From contig OZ024743.1 of assembly GCA_964016885.1 (NCBI GenBank), positions 25,544,001-25,608,000 of the forward strand: a DNA stretch of 64,000 nucleotides, given 5' to 3'. The notes beneath the pieces are model-generated. The model saw only the letters and a list, made by a program, of their open reading frames with translations, was not told the DNA's origin and made no database searches. Source of the stretch: Eledone cirrhosa. Lineage: Eukaryota. This document shows, one piece after another, positions 24,751-37,289 of this stretch (position 1 is the first letter of the stretch; the number at the start of each line of letters is the position of its first letter). The translations under genes were made by a program, and so were the position numbers.

Positions 24751-27600
24751 TTCTTTGAGTCTCAGTCATTGATGTTATTTAACTGGAAAGTGTGCCTTTT
24801 TAAGGTGTAGCCTTTTTAAGGTCTCCTCTTTTCAACCAGTTCCATGTCTGTGGATCTCTAAATTCAGCTTTCTCAAAGAAGGCAATATGAAGGGATTTTT
24901 CATGAAGGTTGCTCTTTCTCCTTGTTCTTATTTCCTCCTTGGACCTCCCCTGGTCTATTGTCCTCTCCTTCAGTACAATTCTGAGCATTGGCTCCTTACT
25001 ATCAGTCACGTATTTGTGTAGGTTGTTTTTCTCCATCTGAACACAGTCCTCTATGCTGATAAGACCTCTTCCATCTTCAGATCTCCTTAAGTAGAGTCTA
25101 TCAGCATTACTCTTTTTGTGGAACATGTTGTAGATAGTCAATAGCTTCCTAGTCTTTCTATCCATTTCTTTTTGTTCAGCAACATTCCATCTCAGAATTC
25201 CCGCACTGTACCTCGGGAATTTACTGCACTTATGGCATTCCTACTGTTCAGATGTGACTTTAATACGCTCCTTACTCTCCGAATGTATTCAGTTCTTATC
25301 AGTTCCTTCATTTTTTTGTTCTTGATGTTATCAGCCTCCAGAACACCTAAACATTTGTATCCTTCTTCAGCATCAATTTCCTTTATCATCTCACCTGTTG
25401 GTACCTGGATTCCGTTGCTTCTGCTCAATTTACCCCTCTTCATCACAAGGACTCCACACTTACTAATACCAAATTGCATACATATATCATTGCTGAAAAT
25501 ACGGACAGTGTCAACGAGCAAATCCAACTCGCTCTCACTCTTCCCGAAGAGTTTAAGATCGTCCATGAAGGGGAGGTGATTGATGGTAAGCTCTCCCTTT
25601 CCCAACATGTATCCTGCTCTCACTTTTCGCAGTATAATGGTCAGGGGGATCAGGGCAAGGACAAACAACAGAGGGGGCAAACTATCTCCCTGGAAGATAC
25701 CTCTCTTGATCCTCACGCATTCCAAGGATTCTCGGCCCGATGTTAACTCTGTTTTCCAGGACTTCATACTTTTGCTCAACAACTGTCTGATGTTATCTGG
25801 CACCCTGAAGATCGCTAGGCTTTTGGTTATCCAAGAATGAGGTACCATATCGAATGCCTTTTTTTAGTCTATCCATCCCATGGCAAGACCAGTGTGTGTC
25901 CTCCTGCAATTCCTCATTACCATCTTATCAATAAGTAACTGGTCCTTTGTACCACGGGACTTCTTTCGGCATCCTTTCTGTTCGTCCGGTAACAAGTTGT
26001 TTGTGTGGAGGTGATGGTAGATTTCCTCAGACACAATGCTTGTTAACAGTTTCCACATTACGGACAGACATGTGATAGGTCTATAGTTGGTAACATCATT
26101 ACCCTTGGTTCGGTCTTTCATTACCAGAACTGTGGTACCTTTTGTCAACCACTCTGGTACCTCACCTGACATCAAGCAGTCATTGAACATGGTTGTCAGT
26201 TTCGGGTGGAGGGATGTTATATTTTTAATCCAATACCCCTGCACACCATCTGGGCCTGGTGATTTCCAGTTGGTTAGTTTTCTGGCCTGCCCCTTAAGAG
26301 TTTCAACTATGATACTCAAATCAGTTTGTTGGTGTGCCTGTTCACTAATCTCCTTTTGTACTGTCTCAATCCACACTGCCTGATCATAATGTTCAACACC
26401 CTGCTCCCATATTCCTCTCCAGAATGTCTTAGTTTGTTCCGCCTCAGGGATCAAGTCGTTGCCTCTTTCTTTCCCTTCAAGCTGTCCAAACAACATCTTC
26501 TGGTTGTTGTCAAACATGCAGTTCTGTCTATACTGACTGACTCTGCTCTCGTATCGCCTAATCTTTGCGCTCTTTGCTACAATGCGTTGCTTCAGTTCCT
26601 CTATGATAATATTTAGCTTTTTCCTCCTAGTTTTGTACTTTATTTCCAGTTTATTTTTAGTGTCTATGTTTTTTAGTGTCCCATTCAGTAGGGACTCAAG
26701 CTTTCTAATGTCATTTCTCATTTCCCTGATTTGACCATTCAGTCGTTTCTTCCACCAAGGTTCTGACCTTTCTTGTTTGTTGTTTCCTCTCGCTTTTATG
26801 CCAAGTAATTTCCTCACCGCATTTGCTGATGCTTTGGGGATATTGTTGCACTGGTGAAGGTTCCTCGCCTCAAGGTATGGGATGACTTTGTTTACCTTAG
26901 CTGTTGTTTCTTTTAACTTTTTCCTGTCTACAAATCTTAGGTTCATAGGTTTCCCACTATCATTGTTCATTTCATCTACCACTAAGTTTAGGATATCAAC
27001 CAAATCTTGTCCTAGCCCGTCAGCATTCATTTCCTCAATGGTCGTATCTTTGTTCCAGGTATTATTTATTTCAGCATTCAGATCATTGTCTGCTTAGGAT
27101 GCTTCCTCCGTTCTCTCACCCTCTTCTCCACCTTCATCTCCCACTGGCTCGTTTGCCTGGCATACTCCATTCTCCATTTCCAATATAATCTCTCTGCTGA
27201 GTTCGTCCAGTTCCAGCTCGCTTATCCACCCATTAGTTCTTATTACCCGAGCCTGCCCGGCCAATTTTTCTTCATCTAATTTAAATAGACCCATCTCGTT
27301 CCAGATGCTATGCATCCGTTTGTTTCCTATAGATTTTTCCTTGGGCTTACTCTTCAGGTAACATTGCATAACAGTTCTATTCAATTCTTTCGTCCAGTTG
27401 GTTCTGGTCCCTTTCCTTCTTCTTCTTCCTCCAACACCAGCAGTATTTGGATGACAGCCAGGTCCCTGCTGCTGGGCCAGGGAGCACCTGCTGGGTGAGA
27501 GTCTGTCACATGACATTCCAGTCTCCACTTCACCGTTATTTGAACTGTTTAGGTTCGACATTTAAACACTCATATCGAGGATTGGTGAATGTATGGTTAC
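24751..27600 (-). mobile_element. R4/Dong-clade non-LTR retrotransposon, disrupted
   Basis: Single-ORF element with RT motifs and a 3' end running into (AAT)n at 24700-24750, the repeat type Dong elements are known to target. 5' boundary approximate. Confidence 0.85.
24800..27561 (-). pseudogene. R4/Dong reverse-transcriptase ORF (two in-frame stops, one frameshift, C-terminal endonuclease missing)
   Basis: WKSPGPDGVQGYWIK, NYRPITCL, EQKGCRKKSRGTKDQLLID, WID*KKAFDMVPHSW, GIFQGDSL, FMDDLKL, RLYLRRSEDGRGL. ORFs 27094-27561, 25864-27030 and 25192-25848 share one frame. Confidence 0.9.
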
Positions 27601-27917
27601 ATATCCACCGGTGATTTTATCACCCCCGGTGATTTTAGCGTGGCACTATCACGCTGTAGACGAACATAAACAAACAAACAAATAGGTAAAAACCTAAAAA
27701 AATAAGCGTAAGTTTCATTGTAATGTAATGTTTGAATGTCTGACTTAGTTTTTTTCGTTTGTTTGTTTGTCTGTTTGTTTTTCTTTTCTTTTTTCTTTTC
27801 TTTACGTTTTTCGTTACTGCTGTGCTGTTTTGATTTTGATTTTTGATTTTTTGAATTTTTGACCGGGTCATCGAATGTTTCATTTGTAATAAGAATTATA
27901 AAATAATAGCAATAGTA

Positions 27918-29004
27918 ATGGAAAAGCAGGAGAACTGGTCCGGATCTGGGATGGAGCTCTTGATCCAAGCGGACCAAAAAAGCATTGAGGAGATCCCAGA
28001 GGTAATAGACCTCACTGACGACAGCCACCTCACGGTAATTGTCGAGGGCAGAAGACCTAGGTGTGTCGTTTGTGGTGAAGGAACCCACCTAAGGGCTTTC
28101 TGCCCTCAGGCTAAAAGGTTGAGGCCATCTCTCCTACCCACCCCAGTGACACAACCATCAACACCACCAGTAGCAGAGATGGCAGCAACAACTGTAGCAG
28201 CAACAACAGAAGCAACTATAACAGCAACAACCCCAGCAACAGTAGCAAAACCAACACCACCACCACCACCAGCAAAACCAACACCACCACCACCCAACGC
28301 TTCAGAACTAGCGCCAGCGCCTACACCATCCACCACGCCACAACCAAAACTAACGCCTGTGGAGGATTTTCCACTCCCCGGCCTATCACAACTGGAGACA
28401 GATTGTGACGACGAGGAGTGGGAAACGATATCCGGAAAGAAAAAAAGAAACCAAAAAAGAAAAAATTCTCTTCCTTCCCCCTCCAAAAACAAAATACAGA
28501 GGGAAACAAATAAATTAAGAAACAAAAAAGTTAGGACAGATATGCCACCATCCACACCAGCATCACCAACCCCATCAACCCAAACACCAACACCATCACC
28601 ATCATTAACTCCAACACCACCATCACCTACACCACAAAAAGTCACCAAAATGCGAAACAGAAACAAACCCACAACAAACGCAAACAAAACAAAACAACCA
28701 AAACGATACACACTACACAGCATTAAATTTGAACAACAAGCAATTATTACACTACATCCAACACAACACCAGCATCACAGAAAAAGACTACACAACAACC
28801 CCAAAATTCACACCACCTCCACACATACAAATCACTCGCATCACACAGAAAACGTACATGACACTAAAACAAAAATTCCCCAAAGACATCGGAGACTTCC
28901 GACAAGCACTCTCCAGGAGGATTTATAAGGACATCCTTCCTGAGGAGGCCACAAGCAGTGAAAAGGATGGAAAAACCGTCCTTCCCCTACGAGAAGTAAG
29001 GTAA
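27918..29004 (+). pseudogene. LINE ORF1 (gag-like) C-terminal part with CCHC knuckle; probable frameshift near 28690-28730
   Basis: VIVEGRRPRCVVCGEGTHLRAFC (C-x2-C-x4-H-x4-C), a Pro/Thr-rich linker and a basic patch; lies directly upstream of ORF2. Confidence 0.75.
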
Positions 29005-29038
29005 GTGGTCTTTCCCATCTTTTCCACTCCTTTTCAAC

Positions 29039-32000
29039 ATGACCTCACTCAGAATAGGCAGCATAAATGCGCGTGGCTTGGGGTCGTCATGGAAGCAGGG
29101 CCACCTGCTCAACGACCTCAGGTCACTAAACATAGATGTAGTGGCCATCAGCGAGACCAGAATCTCCGAAGCACAGGCTTTCGCACCGATCTTCGGCGGC
29201 TACGATGTGTACGCATCTCCCAGCCGTCCGGGATCGGGGGGAGGAGTTGCTGTGCTTTTTCGGAGAGGTTTGGATCTTGCCATACGGGCCATCTTCCTGG
29301 ACCCAGAAGGTAAGTTTGTGGTGCTGGACGTGACCAGCGGAGACGGGCAAGCTTTCAGGTTAGTGGCCGTCTATGCCCCGACAGGAGCAGGGCGGCCTGA
29401 TTTCTTCCGGCGTCTGGAGACCTTTCTTGGAACGTCCCGCTCTGTAGTGTTAGTGGGCGACTGGAACGGGATCTTAGATGTACGCTGGGATTGTGTGGGA
29501 TTAGTGGATAGGGAAGGAGGGTGCAAGAGTCTCACCAACCTGCTCAGACGTTTTGAACTGTCTGACAGGTACCGAATGGATTTCCCGAATGTACGAATGT
29601 GAACTTGGACAAATCGCATAGGGTCATCCAGATCATATCTAGATAGAGTATTTTGTAGGGAAATAGATAGGTCTAGCATAGGCTGTCCACAATTCAAGAT
29701 AGTCAGCTACACGGACCACAAATTCGTGATCTGTGTGCTTGACTTAGATAGGCTTCATAGACGTGGATCCGGCTACTGGAAGCTAAACGCGTCCTTACCA
29801 GCGCGCAAGGCATACAGAGACCGTATTAGCGAACTAGTTAAGCGGGCGTTGACGGGGGCCATCGTCAACAACAAGTGGTGGTTTGCTCTGAAAAGAGTAA
29901 TTAGAATAGAGTCCATTAGGTTTAGTAAGACTTTAGCAAAAGAGAAAAATAGAGCAGAGGGAGAATTAGTTAGAAAATTAGATGAGGCGCTTAGCAAAGG
30001 CATCGCGACCGACGTACTTGCGGCGAAATTGGCCCTTGACCAATTCTTCAATGCAAAGCACGAAGGCTGCGTTGTCAGAGCTAGGGTGCGTGCTCTCAGA
30101 CACGAGGGGACGAAAGCCGTTCAATGGGCCCGAGTGGCGGAGGCGCGTCGTGGCAACAAAGCCACGATCCGGTCTTTGGTGGACCACGACGGGCGCATGC
30201 TACTCGATCCCGGGCAAATGTGTGAAGCTTTTCAGCGACACTTCGCTCAACTGTTCGGGGGCAGTGGCGGGCCGGATCGAGGGATGGACTTTAGTGTCTA
30301 CCTCGACGGACTGCCGCGGCTTTCGGCTACTGAGGCGGAGTGTTGCGAAAAGCCGATAACAACCGCTGAAGTACGGGATGCAATGACTAGTTGCACAAGG
30401 GGTAAATCGCCTGGTTTGGATGGTCTGCCCTATGAACTTTACGTACAAATGCCAAACTTGTTCAGAGGCCTCTTGGCGGACGTCTACTGCAACTGGCAAC
30501 AGAACGAGAGAATTCCCAGCTCTGTGAGCCGAGGAGCGGTGGCGCTGCTGAGAAAGGATCCGAACAAGGGGGATAACATAGATAATTTTAGGCCCATAAC
30601 TCTGCTAAACACAGAGTTCAAGATTTTGGCCAAGGTGCTAGCAAAGAGGTTGGCGCTTGTCGTTGGTGGTCTGGTGGGAGAGGCACAGACATGCGCCATT
30701 CCCGACAGATCCATTCACGACAACCTCCACCTCATGCGATACATCGTAGAGAGGGTAGCTAGGGAACCTGGCACGGGTGGGTCTTTGATCAATTTAGATC
30801 AGTCGAAAGCCTTCGATAGGGTCGACCATCATTACCTAGCGGCAGTCCTGAGGGCGGCTGGCTTTGGGCCCGTCTTCAGAGGCTGGATCGCTGCCATGCA
30901 CAGCGACATCTGCTCTGTAGTGAGAGTGAACGGTCACCTTTCGGAACCGTTCAACATCATGCGCTCGGTCCGCCAAGGATGTCCCCTCTCGTCCCTATTG
31001 TACGTATTGACTCTCGAGCCATTACTGCACAAACTGGAGACGTTGAGGGGGGTCCCGCGCGAACTAGGATGCGGAAGATCCGTGTCAGCATATGCCGACG
31101 ATGTCACCGTAGTGGTGTCGAACGCCAAACACATCGAGGCGATCGGCACTACTCTAAGAGAATACGAAGCGGTGACAGGAGCAATGATCAACCAGGAAAA
31201 GTCAGTGGGCCTGCAGCTCGGCACCTGGAGAGGCAGGTCCATGCCGTCCAACAGCGTCGTCGGGCGCTGGACGGACGGACCGGTTAAATTGCTAGGGGTC
31301 TGGTTCGGTCCAGACCTCCAGACGGACAAAAACTGGGACGAGGTGACGAGCAGGGTGGCTTCTCTCACCCAGAAATGGGCCGAGAGGAAGCTATCCCTGA
31401 AAGGTCGAGCGGAGGTGGCTAACGCGTACATCGCGTCCGTCATCTACTACCGCCTGACCGTCGTACCTTGTCCTAAGCCCCGCATGACTGCGCTGGAGCG
31501 TTTGCTCTTTCGCTTCTTGTGGAAGGAACGCGCTCCGATGGTCAGGCGGTCCATCTGCTGTCAACACCCGCTACGTGGAGGGCTGGGCATGCCGTGGCTG
31601 ATGATGCGCAGACACGCGCTCAGGCTACGACATCTCCACCTCTTCCTCGACGGTGATCAGGTGTGGTCGCCGTTTGCTAGACACGTTTTTCCCCAGCTCG
31701 TCTCCTTGACGGAGCTGCAGTCCTGGGTCAAGCGAAGACCGAGAGGGAGCGCTTGAAGACTGGAATGTCTTCAGGCGCTCACAGCCCTCGACCAATCGGG
31801 CAATGTGATCGGTGGAAACTCCACCTTGGCTTTCTATAGGGGATTAGTGGAGGGGAAGAGCGACGACGTACTTGGAGAAACTCTAGGCGTCGACGAAAAT
31901 CAACTAGCCAATCTCTTCGGAAGGACTTTCGGGCCGGGGCCTATGGACAACTTACAGAAATCCCTTGCCTGGCAGTGCTACCGGGGTGCTTTGCGAGTTC

Positions 32001-32458
32001 GGGATAAACTTTACAGGCATGGAGGTGCCGTCAGTCGGGCATGTCCGAGATGCGCACAGGGCGACGAAACCGTCCTGCACGCACTCGTCCAGTGTCAGAG
32101 CATTGCTGACTTGTGGGTTTATGTCGAACACCTGCTGTCACGTGTAGGACGGATCCAGCTATCAGCTGAGTCCATCGTGAGGATTGCCCCGCCCCCTTCC
32201 TTTAGCCGGGAAGGGCAGGCAGTTTTTATCTGTCTGGTGGCCATGGCGAAAGAGATAGTATGGTGGACACGTTTGAAAGGGCTGAAGACGAGCACTTACC
32301 TCTTCGGTGATGCCCTGATTAACTTTTTCAAATTTCATTTGAAAAGGAAAATCAGGGTAGAGAGGGAAGTGCTCTCTTCCCAGCATTTTGTTGAAAGATG
32401 GGTGAGAGAAGCAAGTATGGCCCGAATGAATGGGCCTTCTCTGAGTATGTGTCTGTAA
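29039..32458 (+). pseudogene. LINE ORF2: APE endonuclease + reverse transcriptase + C-terminal zinc finger; single frame with two internal TGA
   Basis: SINARGL, VAISET, VYAP, VGDWN, YLDR, TDH (APE); KSPGLDGLP, FRPITLLN, DQSKAFDRV, RQGCPLS, AYADDV (RT); CPRC..ETVLHALVQC. ORFs at 29039, 29726 and 31805 are in the same frame; TGA at 29600-29602 and 31754-31756. Confidence 0.93.
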
Positions 32459-32732
32459 ATTAAAGGTAGAAAACTGGGAGAGGGCACTTGCCCTGGCGGT
32501 CAGGACCACTGTGGTCTTTTAATGGGCTTTCTCCACAAATGTCCCTCGGAAGTCTCCCTCCTATTGGGGAATTTTTCTTTGTTATTTTATTTCATCCGCT
32601 GTTTTTTTTACACGCAGAAATGCCCATTTGTACCGTCCTGTATTGTCCTGTACTGTCCTTAATGTCTACTTTATGTAAACCCTTGTGGTTAATAAAGAAA
32701 ACATTATTACAAGAACTTAATTATTATTATTA

Positions 32733-32953
32733 TTACAGGCATGGAGGTGCCGTCAGTCGGGCATGTCCGAGATGCGCACAGGGCGACGAAACCGTCCTGC
32801 ACGCACTCGTCCAGTGTCAGAGCATTGCTGTTTTTGTTACATCCTCTGTTTTTGTTTTTTTTACACGCAGAAATGCCCATTTGTACCGTCCTGCATTGTC
32901 CTGCACTGTCCTTAATGTCTACTTTATGTAAACCCTTGTGGTTAATAAAGAAA

Positions 32954-32955
<2 letters not shown>
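32733..32955 (+). mobile_element. Internally deleted 3' fragment of the same Tx1 element
   Basis: 32733-32830 repeats 32011-32108, then jumps to the 3' UTR (cf. 32590-32700) and ends AATAAAGAAA + (ATT)n. Confidence 0.88.
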
Positions 32956-33003
<48 letters not shown>

Positions 33004-33004
<1 letters not shown>

Positions 33005-33800
33005 TGTTCCGGAGGACTCTCGAACCAGGGATGATGGACAATTACCAGAAATCCCTCGCTTGGCAGCGCTGCTTATGGGCATTGCCGGTTCGGGATAAAC
33101 TCTACATGCACGGAAGTGGTGTCCGACGGACCTGCCCGAGATGCGCGCACAGAGCGACGAAACCGTTCTGCACGCACCTGTCCAATGTCCGTGCATTAAT
33201 GACTTGTGGAGTTATGTCGAACAGCTACTGTCGCGTGTAGAACGGATCCGGCTATCGGTCGAGTCCATAGTGAAGATCGACCCGCCGCCATCCTTTGGCC
33301 AGGAAGAGCAGGCAATTTTCCTCTGTCTGGTGGCAGTTGTGAAAGAGGTTGTATGGTGGACCAGATTGAAAGGACTGAAGACAGACACTTTTCTCTTCTG
33401 CCAATCTCTCATCAACTTCTTCAAGTTTCACCTGGAAAGGAAGGTGAGGGTGGAGAGAGAAATGCTGCCCCCTCCCCCCCCTCTAGTACATTTGCTAAAA
33501 GGTGGATGAATGTGGCGAGAATGGCCCGTGTGAATGGGCCTACTCTGACCGTGCGCCTATAGGCTAGCTAATTTGAGGAGAAAGGTGCTGTGCCTGGGTG
33601 CCCTAGAAGCGCAGGGTAGTTCAGGATTGGTGGGGTGCCTGAGTCACCCCTGGGTCGACCACCCCCTATAGGGGAATTTATTTTGTTATATTTATGTATA
33701 GTTTATTTTATATTTTTATATCTTCATTGTTAAATTAGTCTTGCCATTGAGCACTTTTACTCGACCTTATTGTAAAACCCCACTGCCTCTGTCTTTGTAC
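33004..33800 (+). mobile_element. 5'-truncated Tx1 copy of a diverged subfamily (frameshifted ORF2 end plus 3' UTR)
   Basis: MDNYQKSLAWQ, RDKLY, CPRC, DETVLHAPVQC, VWWTRLKGLK and RVNGPTLTVRL* parallel 31940-32458. Confidence 0.88.
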
Positions 33801-33886
33801 TTAATACATAGCAGAGTATAAATATTTAATATAGAAATAGCTCTTACAGGACTAGAACTGTTTTGTTCGGGAGAAATCATCAGGAA

Positions 33887-33952
<66 letters not shown>

Positions 33953-34048
33953 GTGTGTGTGTGTGTGTAAAAGGTAAACAGAAATAACAACATAATCGGT
34001 ATATGGAAAGAATATATTAGGTTAACACTTGAAATAGCAAGAAGTGGG

Positions 34049-34087
34049 TCTTAACGTTTCGAACGCTAGGCCTTCATCATCAGAAGA
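34049..34087 (-). ncRNA. Minimal hammerhead motif (no stem III loop; dimer-type)
   Basis: Minus strand: TCTT-CTGATGA-tGAAggcctagcgTTC-GAAA-C-GTT-AAGA; palindromic AACGTT across stem III. Confidence 0.55.
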
Positions 34088-34170
34088 ATGAGAAATGAGA
34101 TAGATTGAAGGGACAGGACGGGTGGAATTTGAAAAAATGTCTTTAGATAAAAATAATAGTATATATATTA

Positions 34171-34289
<119 letters not shown>

Positions 34290-35297
34290 AGTGGGTAGTT
34301 GAAAGGCTGCCTGTGTGAGTCAGATTGGCAATTTTGTATGATATTTGTTGCCAATGCGCAGTTACTGGTTAAACTTAGATCAGTACATCCTATCTTGTTT
34401 ATTGTACACCACGAAATTAGGCGATGAAAACTAGCTCAGCCTTGTATATATCATTTAAGTATAGCGAACGTGGACACAATTTTCTGAAGTTTCTTCGGCA
34501 CAGTGATATCATCGTGTGAAAGAAAAAATTATAATAATCAACCGGCACAGTGTTCATATATGTTTTATATATTTTAAAATGTGCGTGATCGTTTTGAGAA
34601 TAAGTAAGTCGGATTTATCTAATTATGGTGTCAAATTAAAAGAATTGTTAGAGTGAAGAAGAAATTACCTTGCAGTATTTGTTCTGGTTGTGTAAGCTCT
34701 GATTTCAAATCCCACTAAGATCAACTTTGCCTTTGATTCTGTCAGCTGCAATAATATAAATTTCTATCCAGAGTTGTGGGTTATCGGAATGTGCGAATGA
34801 CAAACACCTCTCGACATATGCTATAAGTGTGCCAAAGTCTGTTTTTCTATCTTGTTTATGTTCTGCTTAACAAAGATTTATATTCAGAGAAAGACTTTAT
34901 GCTCACCCTGTATATACATACATACATACATACATACATACATACATACATACATACATACATACATACATACATACATACACACACATATATATATATA
35001 TATTTATACATATATATATATATGTAGGAGGTGAGTTTTATTGTAGTACAATAAAGCAATGCAGATATCGATAAGAAGCACTCTACAGTTTGTAGGACTA
35101 TCTCATCCTTCCTCCTTATACTCCTCCCCCTCCACTTTTTACTCTCATCTCCTCCTCTTTTTCATCCTTTCCAAACCCCCCCCCCCATTTTTTTTTTTTT
35201 CCAATATCACACATCAATCTAAAACTACTTTTCATAAGTTGATTTAAAACTGCACTATCCACAAGTGTTTTTTAACCTTCATATCATGTCTTCCTAC

Positions 35298-35362
35298 TTT
35301 ATCTGATGAAAACACAAATGTTATTGCATGATGATATTTGTTTTTGAAATGCGCATAATAAA
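35298..35362 (+). ncRNA. Minimal type I hammerhead motif
   Basis: Stem I TTTAT/ATAAA; CTGATGA 35303-35309; long stem II with G-U pairs (CAAATGTTAT/ATGATATTTG); GAAA 35346-35349; palindromic TGCGCA; AUA triplet. Confidence 0.75.
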
Positions 35363-35395
35363 ATACATGGAACTCTTTTAACCATCTTTTGATCT

Positions 35396-35435
<40 letters not shown>

Positions 35436-36004
35436 CATATATATATGTATATACATATATATATGTTTATATATTAAAGGACTATGTAATAACTTTATAA
35501 AACCTTTCATATTTTCAACTGAGTTAGAGGAAACTGTTTAAAAAAAGGGGACGAATAGAGGATGAAGTAAAACCTAAAAAAGCTAAAATAAAGGTCAGAT
35601 ATATTCATATTTCAAAACGTATCTATAAAAAAGTTTTTAGAATCACCCCCTCCTACCTGATCCATACCCTCACTCCTATTTATGCTTTACTTGCTTTATC
35701 GAAGCTACTAGAAGACTTTTCTAAACATGTTTTCATCGAACTTGTACTTTTTTTTTTATCAAATTTTATTTTGATAAATAATTTAGTAAATATATTTTCT
35801 TTGAACCATCTTTTTATCGAAATTACTATTCTTAGAATAATTTTGCATACATATAATTTCGTTAAAAAAAATTTAAATGCAGAATGATTTAAAACTAGAA
35901 ATAGACTTTCCATCCAAACTATATATTTAACTTTAATAGAACTTTAAGAATATTTTCGACTTCTACCAGTTTCATAAGTTACACGTTACAGGCAGTGGAT
36001 CATT

Positions 36005-36193
36005 GTGGATTGGCAGTATCGGTAGAGGGTCGGACGCCATGCTTTCCAGCATAGTTACGTCCATTTACGATCTGAGTTCAAATCCCGCCGAGGTTGACTT
36101 TGCCTTTCATCCTTACGGGGTCGATAAAATAAAGTACCAGTAATGCACTGGGTAATTGCTGGCCTTGTGCCTAAAGTAGAAACAATTATTATT
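36005..36193 (+). mobile_element. SINE family A, young-looking copy
   Basis: Complete head, box B, core and tail; close to the copies at 24328, 54131 and 57417. Confidence 0.92.
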
Positions 36194-37289
36194 TACCCCA
36201 CCATTAATGGCATCACTCTATCCGTTTATAATGTTCTCCATTGGTTTGTTCACTACATTGTAATGTCTGTTTCTTGATGTTTCATCAAACGATCACAAAT
36301 CACATTACTGTTGACAAAAAAGTACTCTTCAAATAATATATTCATGGAATTATTCATGAAAATTCGTTTACTATAAAGTCATATAAATATTATATATACA
36401 TATATATAAATGTATGTAAACATTATATATACACACATATACATATATATGTGTGTGTATGTGTACAATACAATAAAATTTGTAGTTGCTCAAAGATTAG
36501 AAGTTTATCTGTGGTTTAATGGAAAGCAATGATTTCCTGCTAAATGCCAACTTTCTAAGGAATAGAAAACAAAAAAATAAAAGCCAGTATTTGATTAACG
36601 TCTAACATTTACTTCACTTCTCCACAGTAGGATGACGTGACCTCTTCTACTGTTTCCAGAGCTTCAATCAATGTTGCTTTGAGAACCATAAAATATCTTG
36701 TCTGCTTATATTGCTCTCTTTGCTGATCTCTTCTTTATTTTGTTTCATTCTGTTATGATTTGTCTTCGAATAGATAGCTCTCAACTGATTCTTACTGCCA
36801 CACGAGAATCTGATGTACTTTCTGCTGTATTCCATTCGTCTCATGGCAATTCCTTCCACTCGAATAATTGAGCATAGTTTTTTCCGTGGTCTTCGAGGCT
36901 GTTAGAACTTGGATATTAAAACAAACATTCTCCATCTCATGACATTTCTAGACCACTTTCCGCTCACTACTTTCATGTATTGTGCCACAAATGAAGCGGT
37001 AAACCAAACCTCAGTTATGTCGCCAATATGACGCTCATGTTGTGTCATATTGTGCATTATTGGGCTAGCCTATTAGCAATCCGATTTGCTTTCTCGACCC
37101 ACTCTTAGTTTTGAAAACTAGCAAAGGCTTCCATAAATTCTAACCCCACCGACGAAGGAGACATTGTTTCACGTATCGGTTAAGACTACTTCCATTTCTT
37201 TCTTTGAGGGTTTTTAGAGATGCAAAAATATGTGATATTTCTCGCTCACTCTTAGATAAAGACCTCAAGCAAAGAGGCATTTTTCTTAG

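Larger units (their letters stand above)
27915..32710 (+). mobile_element. Tx1/L1-clade LINE, 5'-truncated within ORF1
   Basis: ORF1 remnant, ORF2 (APE-RT-CCHC), and a 3' UTR with AATAAA at ~32691 followed by (TTA)n. Confidence 0.92.

Noticed and set aside
27560-27720. Possible HDV-like ribozyme at the Dong 5' end
   Set aside because: Only short repeats and hairpins; no nested double pseudoknot could be drawn.
33845-33886. Minus-strand hammerhead of the 58607 family
   Set aside because: GAAA is mutated to AAAA and stem I is poor; an inactive relic.
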